Positions 53,161-64,000 of a stretch of 64,000 bases of DNA are shown piece by piece. How positions within the stretch are numbered: position 1 is the first letter of the stretch; every line of letters begins with the position of its first letter. The notes under the pieces are model-generated. The model searched no databases, had not been told where the DNA came from, and saw only the letters and a program-made list of their open reading frames with translations. Origin of the DNA: Eledone cirrhosa (taxonomy: Eukaryota); contig OZ024741.1 of assembly GCA_964016885.1 (NCBI GenBank), forward strand, positions 382,602,001-382,666,000. Direction: 5' to 3'. The position numbers were made by a program, and so were the translations under genes.

Positions 53161-56100
53161 ATTATTATTATTATTATTATTATTGTTGTTATTCCTTGAA
53201 TCTCAGTCATTGATGTTGGTTAACTGCAAAGTCCGTTGGAATGAATATCAAGCCACTACCTGCAGCCTCAGATATTCAGGACGTATCGGAGGGTTCTTGC
53301 TGTTCTAAGCAAGCATGCCTTTTGAAGCGTTCCAAAAAGCGTGAAGGGGCCGATTTTATTTAACCATCCCTGGAAACTTTTGGAGATAGTCCCCAGTGCG
53401 CCTATAACTATCAGGATCACTTTGACTTCATGGCAGTTCCAAATCCTTTTCACCTCCCACTTTAGGTCCTGGTATCGGTTAATTTTCTCCCTCTCCTTCT
53501 CTTGCACTCTCGTGTCGAACGGGCAGGCCACATCCACAATCAGACACGATCTTTTTTCTTTGTCCACAACCACCAGGTCAGGTCTATTGTGTTCCAGTTT
53601 TTTGTCCGTCTGTATCCTAAAATCCCACAGCACCTTCACCTGATTGTTCTCCATCACCGCCTCCGGCCTATGCTCATACCATTTCTCAGAATGTGGTAAA
53701 TTGTTTACTTTGCACAGGTGCCAGTGGATCACCCTGCCCATCACATCGTGTCTCCAGCCCTTATAGTGGGTCTGGGCTAGGTGTTTACACTCGGACACAA
53801 TGTGAGCCACAGTCTCCTCTCTCTCTCCACAGATCCTGCACAGTGGGCTAGCCTCCTCCTTGTAAATATGGTGCTTCAACCACTTCGTTTTGAGGGCCTG
53901 CTCCTGCGCAGCCATTATCATTCCTTCTGTAGCCTTTTTGAGGTCTCCTCTTCTCAACCAGTTCCATGTCTGTGGATCTCTAAATTCAGTTTTCTCAAAG
54001 AAGGTACTATGAAGGGATTTTCCCTTAAGGCTGCTCTTCCTCCTTGATGTTATTTCCTCCTTGGACATCCCCTGGCCTACTGTCCCCTCCTTCAGTACAG
54101 TTTTGAGCATTGGCTCCTTACTATAGGTCACGTATTTGTATAGGTTGTTTTTCTCCATCTGAACACAGTCCTCTATGCTGATAAGACCTCTTCCACCCTC
54201 AGATCTCCTTAGGTAGAGTCTATCGACATCACTCCTCTTGTGGAACATGTTGTAGATAGTCAATAGCTTCCTAGTCTTCCTATCCATTTCTTTTTGTTCA
54301 GCAACATTCCATCTCAGAATTCCTGCACTGTACCTAATTATAGACACAGCTCGGGAATTTACTGCGCTTATGGCATTTCTGCTGTTCAGATGTGATTTCA
54401 ATACGCTCCTTACTCTCCGAATGTATTCAGTTCTTAACAATTCCTTCATTTTTTTGTTCTTTATGCCATCGGCCTCCAGAACGCCCAAATACTTGTATCC
54501 TTCCTCAGAGTCAATTTCCTTTATCATCTCACCTGTTGGTATCTGGATCCCGCTACTTCTGCTCAACCTACCCCTCCTCATCACAATGACTCCATATTTA
54601 CCAATACCAAACTCCTGTATAATAATAATATATATGCATTTATATTTCTGCTCCCTCACAAGTTGAGCTTATTAAGTTGCGTGTGTTGGACTGTTGTTTT
54701 TATCCAATCTCGTTCCAGATGTTATAAATCCATCTCCAAACTGCATACATATATCACTGCTGAAAATACGGACAGTGTCAACAAGCACATCCAACTCCTT
54801 CTCACTTTTCCCGAAGAGCTTAAGATCGTCCATGAAGAGGAGGTGATTGATTGTAAGCTCTCCCCTTCCCAACTTGTATCCTGCTCTCACTTTTCGCAGC
54901 ATAATGGTCAAGGGCATTAGGGCAAGGACAAACAACAGAGGGGACAGGCTATCTCCCTGGAAGATACCTCTCTTGATCTTCACGCTTCCCAAGGATACTC
55001 CAGTTGATGTCAACTCTGTCTCCCAGGACCCCATACTCCTGCCCAGCAATTGTCTGATGTTATCTGCCACCCTGAAGATCTCCAGGCTTTTGGTGATCCA
55101 AGAATGAGGCACCATGTCAAATGCCTTTCTGTAGTCTATCCATCCCATGGCAAGATCAGTGTGTCTCCTCCTGCAATTCCCCATTACCATCTTATCAATA
55201 AGTAACTGGTCCTTTGTACCACGTGACTTCTTTCGGCATCCTTTCTGTTCGTCCGGTAACAAGTTGTTTGTGTGGAGGTGATGGTAGATTTCCTCAGACA
55301 CAATGCTCGTCAACAGTTTCCACATTACGGACAGACATGTGATAGGTCTATAGTTGGTAACATCATTACCCTTGATTCGGTCTTTCATTATCAGAACTGT
55401 GGTACCTTTTGTCAACCACTCTGGCACCTCACCCGACACCAAGCAGTAATTGAACATGGCCGTCAGCTTCGGGTGGAGGGATGTTAAATGTTTAATCCAA
55501 TACCCCTGCACACCATCTGGGCCTGGTGATTTCCAGTTGGTTAGTTTTTTGGCCTGCCCCTTAAGAGTTTCAACTGTGATACTCAAATCAGTTTGTTGTT
55601 GTGCCTGCTCACCGATCTCCCTCTGTACTGTCTCAATCCACCCTGCCTGGGCATTATGTCTAACATCCTGCTCCCATATTCCTCTCCAGAATGTTTTAGT
55701 TTGTTCCGCCCCAGGGATCAAGTCGTTGCCTCTTTCTTTCCCCTCAAGCTGTCCAAACAGCATCTTCTGGTTGTTGTCGAACATGCGATTCTGTTTATAC
55801 TGACTGACTCTGTTCTCGTATCGCCTGATGTTTGCACTCTTTGCTACAATGCGTTGCTTCAATTCCTCTATGATAATATTTAGCTTTTTATTCCTAGTTT
55901 TGTATTTTATTTCCAGTCTATTTTTAGTGCCTATGTTTTTTAGTGTCCCATTCAGTAGTGACTCAAGCTTTCCTATGTCATTTCTCATTTCCCCGATTTG
56001 CCCACTCAGTCGCTTATTCCACCACGGCTCTGCTCTTTCTTGTCTGTTGTTTCCTCTCGCTTTTATACCAAGTAGTTTCCTCACCGTATTTGCTGTTGCT

Positions 56101-56600
56101 TTGAGGATATTGTTGCACTGGTGAAGGCTCCTCGCCTCAAGGTATGGGATGACTTTGTTTACCTTAGCTGTTGTTTCTTTTAACTTTTTCCTGTCTACAA
56201 ATCTTAGGTTCATAGGTCTCCCACTATCATTGTTCAATTCATCTACCACTAAATTTAGGATGTCAACCGAATCTTGTCCTAGCCCGTCAGCATTCATCTC
56301 CTCAGTGGCCGTATCTCTGTTCCAAGTATTATTTATCTCAGTATTCAGATCATTGTCTGCTTCGGGTGGTTCCTCCGTTCTCAGGACCTCTTCACCTTCA
56401 TTTCCCACTGGCTCGCTTGTCTGGCATACTACACCCGCCATCTCCAAGCCATTCTCTCTGCTCAGTTCCTCCAGTTCCAGCTCGCTTATCCACCCATTAG
56501 TTCTTATTACCCCAGCCTGCCCGGCCAATTTTTGTTCATCTAATTTAAATAAACCAATCTCGTTCCAGATGTTATGCATCCATCTCCTGTAGCCCCTCTC
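53161..56600 (-). mobile_element. Long Dong/R4-like RLE retrotransposon flanked by (AAT)n on both sides
   Basis: (ATT)n at 53161-53190 and ~56610-56667. The 3' part is near-identical to 10848-12150. Confidence 0.92.
53268..56579 (-). pseudogene. Dong-like RT + CCHC + restriction-like endonuclease ORF (~1070 aa), split only by a ~120-bp insertion at 54617-54737
   Basis: ORF 54672..56579 has WKSPGPDG, NYRPITCL, KAFDMVPH, GIFQGDSLSP, FMDD. ORF 53268..54659 has YKYLG, CRIC..H..C, RHD, RPD..D. They join at M(E/Q)FGIGK. Confidence 0.9.
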
Positions 56601-56652
56601 CTTGGGGTTACTTATTATTATTATTATTATTATTGTTATTATTATTATAATT

Positions 56653-56723
<71 letters not shown>

Positions 56724-56725
<2 letters not shown>

Positions 56726-56862
56726 TTAGGGTAGTAGAGTGGGTATTCGGAAAAGAGTCAGGACCACGACGGCTGAGCTCCGGCAGCTTCGACAGCTAGA
56801 CCTGAACTGTCTAGCTGTCGAAACGGCCGGAACTAAGCCGTCGGGGTCCTGCCTCATTTCCT
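56724..56862. mobile_element. Diverged mini fold-back element (GCCGTCGAAACGGC family)
   Basis: CTTAGGGTAGTAGAGTGGGTA...TTCGACAGCTAGAC/GTCTAGCTGTCGAAACGGC...GCCGTCGGGGTC with (TA)n flanks. Confidence 0.7.
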
Positions 56863-56886
56863 ATATATATATATATATATATATAT

Positions 56887-57146
<260 letters not shown>

Positions 57147-57523
57147 ATAATATTATATATGCAGTAAGAAACACAGTAAACCGTGTGTCTAATATTGAAC
57201 TAAATTTGTTTGAAATATTTAACCAAGAAGGAGACAGAATGATAAAATAAAATTATATTATTATACAAACCGCCTCATTAACAATTACATCTCTCGGACA
57301 GATTATCCCTAATCTGTTTCGCTAATGAGCCGTATAATAATAATATATATGCATTTATATTTCTGCTCCCTCACAAGTTGAGCTTATTAAGTTGCGTGTG
57401 TTGGACTGTTGTTTTTATCCAGTACACGCTTACCACGTTTGACTAGCGGCGCACGAGGTGATAAATTCATCTTTCTGTGTGAACGTTGGTACATAGTGTT
57501 TGGAGTCATTAACTCTAATTTTC

Positions 57524-57576
<53 letters not shown>

Positions 57577-58048
57577 TATACTTATATATTTGTGTACATA
57601 TAGGTAATAAAGTAGTAACGTTTTCCAAATGAGATAGGCAAAACCCTCAGTTCAAAAAGCAAATAAAAAAATAATTGGAGAAGACAAATTTAACTGACAA
57701 CTCTTTTGCGAAAGTCACCATATGATGCTCATGTGCATACAGTGATGGCACTGTTTGTGTACTGTATGCAAATGAGCCTCAGCCGATGTTCATAAGCAAA
57801 CAGCTATAAACGTTTAACTAATTTATCTCTTAGCAACTAATGAGAACGTCGTCCCCAAAACGGATATAGTTCCAAAAACTTTGCCAACGATTTTCTATAT
57901 TCCCCTCCCTTTGCTGCTAAAAATGCTAACGTTGCTAATATATGTTTATTGTACATAAGCATAACGTATATGCTTCAGTATATACCCCTAATCTTTTTTG
58001 ACGCTATGTCAGTGCGATTAATACTGTTTATATATTATATACATACAC

Positions 58049-58094
<46 letters not shown>

Positions 58095-58095
58095 T

Positions 58096-58149
<54 letters not shown>

Positions 58150-58152
<3 letters not shown>

Positions 58153-60681
58153 CAAAATAAAGATCCGAAGGCATGGTATAAATTTCCAATCATTTTAATC
58201 ACGACACATGTTTCAATAAGAGATATATCGATCGTGGAGCCATGATCGTTTATCACTGATCCCGCCAGGTGAAAATGAATTGTCTTCAAATCCTTGATAT
58301 GAGGGAGAAAATTAACGGTGTTCACTCACAGAGTTTAGTCCCTCATATGAAGATCAAGCAGTCAGAATTCGGCGACTGCTATCCTCCTCAGTTAGGGTCA
58401 TAAAACTATCAAGTCTCTATCTCCCAATAGCTGTAAAGGACGGTGGACATCAATCAAGTCTGTAGAATTACAGTCACAGTTAATGTGAGTGGGTACACTC
58501 ACACTCACACATACATGACGCGAGGTCAAAGAAAATAAATATATACACATACCAACACAACATCAAATCTGTAGAACTATAGACTGCCACATTAGTGTGA
58601 GTGAGTATGCACACACACTCACACACACTCACACACACCGACACGACATTAAAGAAAAAATAAAAATACAAATATACCAACATAGTATTCACTGAAATTA
58701 GTTTACAAAACAACAAATGTTATATTGGTCAATTTGACGATGTAAATTGGAAATATTGGGTCAACCGCAACCCTATAAACACGCAAGTAAGTTCAGTTCA
58801 ATGATCTGCTATACGCGTATAGATTGAATTGTAACATCCCTATCTCCAAATAATGTATGTTATGGTATATACATCCGTATCGTCCAAAAGAATTGGAAAA
58901 GTTGGGTCAACCGCAACCCGATACACACGCAAGTAAGTTCAGTTCAGTGTTTTGCTATACGTGTATAGATTGAATTGTAACATCCACATCTCCAAATAGT
59001 GTATGTTATGGTATATACACAACCGTATCTTCCAAAAATGTGTGTATGTTTCGGTATATACACATCCTTGTGAAGAGCAAGTAGTCAGCTCATATCTAAC
59101 TCAGTATGTGCCGTTGTCCCATTGAGAATCCGAGTCCCCAAATCTGTACGTGCAAGCAATCGCTATGTAGGCCACCAAGGGGCTCTGTGTAGGATTGGTT
59201 ACTTGGGTTAAGGTGTCAGTATGTGCGACTTCCCCCCATATGGGCCCTTCGGCTTTTAAGATAGGTGTTTGAGTGGTGGTGGGGTGTTATCCAATACAAA
59301 AAGCAAAATAAAATAACAAATAATAGCAAAACCCAGAGAACGTGTGTAGGCCCATTAATGGTGTGTAAGTATTATTGTTCAATCTGTAACCGTGAGTACT
59401 CCATGGTTAGATGATCACGGATCAAAACCTAGTGTAGTGTTCAATCGATAGGAACGTGACCAGTAATAAGTGTGGTAACTCAGTGTCTAAAGAAACCGGG
59501 TACTGTGTGTAGAATTATGTATAGATAGCGCAATAATTCTTAACTGAGTGTTTAATACGCCTAGCTATATTCTAACCGAGAGAACTCAATGGTTAGGGTA
59601 TCCTAAAGTAATGGTGAATGCACGTAATTGGTCTTACCTGAGTGTGTAATCTTTCTAACTATTTACTAACTAGGTATTCTAATGTGCACTCAGCTGTGAG
59701 AACTCTGTGGAAACAGGCCGAGTACCGTTTGAAAGTGCGCAAACGATCTTCGCTGTCTAACTACCTGAGTGTGTGATTGTCTGTTTTGTTGCGAATTGAG
59801 AGAACTCTATGACTAAGGTAGAGAGGGAGGAGTTAGCGGAGATATGGATGTTACCATTCAATCTATACACGTATAGCAGAACACGGAACTGAACTTACTT
59901 GCGTGTGTATAGGGTTGCGGTTGACCCAACTTTTCCAATTCTGTTGGACGATACGGATGTATATACCATAACATACACTATTTGGAGATACGGATGTTAC
60001 AATTCAATCTATACACGTATAGCAGATCATTGAACTGAACTTACTTGCGTGTGTATAGGGTTGCGGTTGACCTAATTTTTCCAATTTACATCGTCAAATT
60101 GAGATTTGTCCAACATAACATTTTTTGTTTTGTAAACTAACTTTCGGTGAATACTATGTTGGTATATTTGTATTTTATTTTTTCTTTAACCTCGTGTCGG
60201 TGTGTGTGAGTACATTAGTGTGTGTGTATACTCACTCACACTAATGTGAACGTCTATAGTTCTACAGATTTGATGCTGTGTTGGTATCTGTATATATATT
60301 TTTTTTTCTTTGACCTCGCGTCATGTATGTGTGAGTGTGTGTCCGACTATGACCGACTGTAATTCTACAGATTTGATTGATGTGCACCGTCCTTTACAGC
60401 TATTGGGAGATAGAGACTTGATAGTTTTATGGCCCTAACTGAGGAGGATAGCAGTCGCCGAATTCTGACTGCTTGATCTTCATATGAGGGACTAAACTCT
60501 GTGAGTGAACACCGTTAATTTTTCTCCCTCATATCAAGGATTTGAAGACAATTCATTTTCACCTGACGAAATCAGTGATAATCGATCATGGCTACACGAT
60601 CGATCTATCTCTTATTGAATCATGTGTCCTGATTAAAGTGACTGGAAATGTATACCTTGCCTTCGTATCTTTATTTTGATA
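58150..60681. mobile_element. ~2.5-kb non-coding fold-back element (arms ~58150-58993 / 59838-60681)
   Basis: The arms are reverse complements containing an internal ~150-bp tandem duplication. A degenerate hammerhead CTGACGA-AAT...ATCGATC...GATCGAT...ATT-GAA(A/T)CATGT lies at 60560-60630(+). Confidence 0.8.
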
Positions 60682-60806
60682 CAAATACTCCGTTTTACAT
60701 CATTAAGCGGTTCCCATAAATGGAATTGGAGATATACAAAAGCGTGGATAACTTAATATTGCTAACAACATTTGATTGGACAGTATGACACAACTAATAA
60801 TACACC

Positions 60807-60915
<109 letters not shown>

Positions 60916-61062
60916 TATTTTCCGTTGTGTTGTAATATAAATATTACACACAGTAGATTATCAGCTCACGTAGAGTTTGCTCGACGGTTCCAGTTGTAGT
61001 TCCAAAAGTAATCCGGAGAAAAATAGAAAGATTTGAATGGATACAGTTTAGTTGAAAGGAAT

Positions 61063-61179
61063 TTATTGACACGTGTTTCTATAACAGTTACATAACCTAA
61101 AACAGCTATCTACAAACTTTTAGTTATGCAGACATTCAATATTTCAATGTTATTATTTACTGTCATTTCATCAGAATAA
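61063..61179 (-). ncRNA. Type I hammerhead ribozyme with extended stem II (mirror copy)
   Basis: Reverse complement of 63833-63949. Confidence 0.72.
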
Positions 61180-61819
61180 TATTACTGAGGACCTATTTAG
61201 TTTTTATAGAGAATATTAGGAGGAAGGGGTGAAGTTGTTAGAAGAATAGTTGAAGGAGTGGTTTTTCGATAGCAGTGAGAATTCTTGGTGGCAGTGATTA
61301 ATTAGATTCCCATCTGTTGTTTTGACATTTTTATAGAATATATTATTGGTTATTTTTCTAAATCTATAGAAGGATTAGAGATAGTAAAGATATGCGTGGT
61401 TGGTTTTGTGTTTGCACTTAACATTCAGACTTAAATTTTTCTTTCAAGTGTACGTATTCTTTCACCCACGCATTCACACACAAATATATTTGCACACCTC
61501 TACAAAAATACATATACTCACAATTCACATATTCATACTTACATATATATACACATGCATACACATATATATACACACATGTATTCATGTACATACATAC
61601 GCGCTCATGTGTATACATTTTCATACTCAACTTATCTTTATATATACACACGTATAGACACACACATATATACATACATACTCTAGTCCATGCGTGGTTC
61701 GCCTATGCATTTTGATTAGTAGGCGGAGGGCCGGAGATTGGTACATTTCGCCGCGGTAGGCGATAGCCCGCCGACCTCCCTCCTGGCTCCGCCTTGAAGT
61801 GGCGAGAGAGCTTTAGCCC

Positions 61820-62906
61820 GTAAATGTTGGGTCTAACCACCCCATCTCTATAATTAAATCTATCCCTAAAAATATTTCCCTTAGAATCTCGGGTCTATCT
61901 TCTAACATACAAGTATTTAAGGAACACGCCGAGTACTACGATAACGCCCTTAGTAAAGCAGGCTACCTCAACAAAATAGAGTACATAGATGGGAACAATC
62001 AAAACACCCAAAATAAATCCCACATAGGTAAATATAATAACACAACACCAAACCACACTTACTACCATAGTATGCACACCAGTAAACCAACAAACAAAAC
62101 TAATAGAAAGCGATGCAAAGAGTACTTATGGTATAACCCCGAATACAATAGCTCCATTAGTACAAATTTACCAGTACTCTTCTTTAAAATAATTAAAAGA
62201 CATTTTCCCACATCACACAAATACCACAAAATCCTAAACCCTACCACTATAAGACTGTCATACTCTACAGCGTTAAACCTTGAACAACACATAAAAAAGA
62301 TCAATACTAGAAGGTTAAACGAAAACACTAAGAACTTAAGTACAAAGAACCCCAAAAAAACAGTAGACAATACACTACAGAACATAAATAAACCACACCT
62401 AAGTTCGTCCGCAATACTACTCCAGAGAAAACCCAACGTACACAACTGTAACTGCACCTATCCTGACAACTGCCCCCTCGGCAATAACTGCCTGGAAAAA
62501 AAATATTATTTATAAGTGTACCATTAAATCCGGAGGCAACGAGTGGTATTACGTGGGATCAACGGCAACATCGTTTAAATCTCGATTGTATAGGCATTCT
62601 TACTCAATAAAACACCAGAGCCAAAGAAATGTAACAACTTTAGCAGAGAAAGCTTGGACGCTCAGGGATAGCAATCAAAAGTTTACCCTAAAATGGGAAA
62701 AATTAGCTAAAACCCAAAGCTTTTCCAGGAGCCAAAATTTCTGCAAATTGTGTAATCTTGAGATTTATTACATAATCACACACAAGAAGAAACTGCTGAA
62801 TAACAGAATTGAACGAACATTATTCTGCCGTCACAGAACTAAAACCCTTTTTTTCCCACTACAAGCCGAATATTACATAAAAGAGGGACATCCCCCAACT
62901 ATATAA
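61820..62906 (+). pseudogene. PLE RT thumb + GIY-YIG endonuclease fragment (frameshifted)
   Basis: NVGSNHPISIIKSIP, EYYDNALSKAGY, WYNPEY, RLSYST, CNCTYPDNCPLGNNCL (CxCx5C), YVGST..SFKSR..H, CKLCNLE. Confidence 0.88.
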
Positions 62907-63151
62907 ACCTTAATCTAGTTAGAAAAATATAAAAACAATCTCTTTTCAACATATATTAATAACCTTAAATTACCATACTAATAATGAAAAGATATGCTGA
63001 TGAGAATAGGTACAAATATGCGATAATGAATGTGTCTAAAAACGTCCATAAGTATGTGTATATATATGTGAAAATGTATATAAATAAGTAAATATATATA
63101 TATGTTTGATGTGTATAGTTAGATGTAAGTGTATTCATGTATTAAAGTGCT

Positions 63152-63188
<37 letters not shown>

Positions 63189-63211
63189 ATATGTGTGTAT
63201 ATATGTATGTG

Positions 63212-63242
<31 letters not shown>

Positions 63243-63832
63243 GTATATGTATATATGTATATATATGTGTGTATGTATGTATGTGTATATGGATGTGTAT
63301 GTATGTGTATGTGTGTACACATGGACTAGAGTATGTATGTATATATGTGTGTGTCTATACGTGTGTATATATAAAGATAAGTTGAGTATGAAAATGTATA
63401 CACATGAGCGCGTATGTATGTACATGAATACATGTGTGTATATATATGTGTATGCATGTGTATATATATGTAAGTATGAATATGTGAATTGTGAGTATAT
63501 GTATTTTTGTAGAGGTGTGCAAATATATTTGTGTGTGAATGCGTGGGTGAAAGAATACGTACACTTGAAAGAAAAATTTAAGTCTGAATGTTAAGTGCAA
63601 ACACAAAACCAACCACGCATATCTTTACTATCTCTAATCCTTCTATAGATTTAGAAAAATAACCAATAATATATTCTATAAAAATGTCAAAACAACAGAT
63701 GGGAATCTAATTAATCACTGCCACCAAGAATTCTCACTGCTATCGAAAAACCACTCCTTCAACTATTCTTCTAACAACTTCACCCCTTCCTCCTAATATT
63801 CTCTATAAAAACTAAATAGGTCCTCAGTAATA

Positions 63833-63949
63833 TTATTCTGATGAAATGACAGTAAATAATAACATTGAAATATTGAATGTCTGCATAACTAAAAGTTTGT
63901 AGATAGCTGTTTTAGGTTATGTAACTGTTATAGAAACACGTGTCAATAA
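63833..63949 (+). ncRNA. Type I hammerhead ribozyme with ~90-nt stem II region in the PLE pLTR
   Basis: Stem I TTATT/AATAA, core CTGATGA, stem II ATGACAGT/ACTGTTAT, GAA, palindromic ACACGTGT and a GUC cleavage triplet ending at 63944. Confidence 0.75.
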
Positions 63950-64000
63950 ATTCCTTTCAACTAAACTGTATCCATTCAAATCTTTCTATTTTTCTCCGGA

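Noticed and set aside
53268-56579. Two separate genes (463 aa and 635 aa)
   Set aside because: They are one retrotransposon ORF split by the 54617-54737 insertion, which supplies the false start MREQKY and the false C-terminus.

Overview
This is AT-rich eukaryotic DNA with no recognisable host protein-coding gene. The dense (TA)n/(AAT)n/(CA)n microsatellites and SINE types resemble an octopus/coleoid mollusc genome, but that is inference. The window is dominated by retroelements anchored in microsatellites. (1) An ~18-kb nest (2.8-20.5 kb) of Tx1/L1-clade APE elements and R4/Dong-like RLE elements shares (AAT)n tracts with opposite strand polarity; it includes one full-length Tx1 element with an intact 1139-aa ORF2. 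(2) A second Dong-like cluster lies at 52.6-56.6 kb. (3) Two Penelope-like elements of the Naiad type (C-terminal GIY-YIG; the 29.5-36.9 kb copy retains the RT core) have inverted 5' arms. (4) Many (TA)n-anchored fold-backs have arms carrying hammerhead-ribozyme motifs, mostly facing outward. Also present are RTE, CRE, possible hAT/CR1 remnants and tRNA-derived SINEs. The most notable observations are an in-frame UAA at the homologous ORF1 codon of two diverged Tx1 families, about ten distinct hammerhead-like motif families (one intact with a ~90-nt stem II region), a six-copy mini fold-back family that seems to invert at a hammerhead stem II, and a multi-template insertion splitting an otherwise open Dong ORF. 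All alignments and folds were done by eye; element boundaries are approximate.
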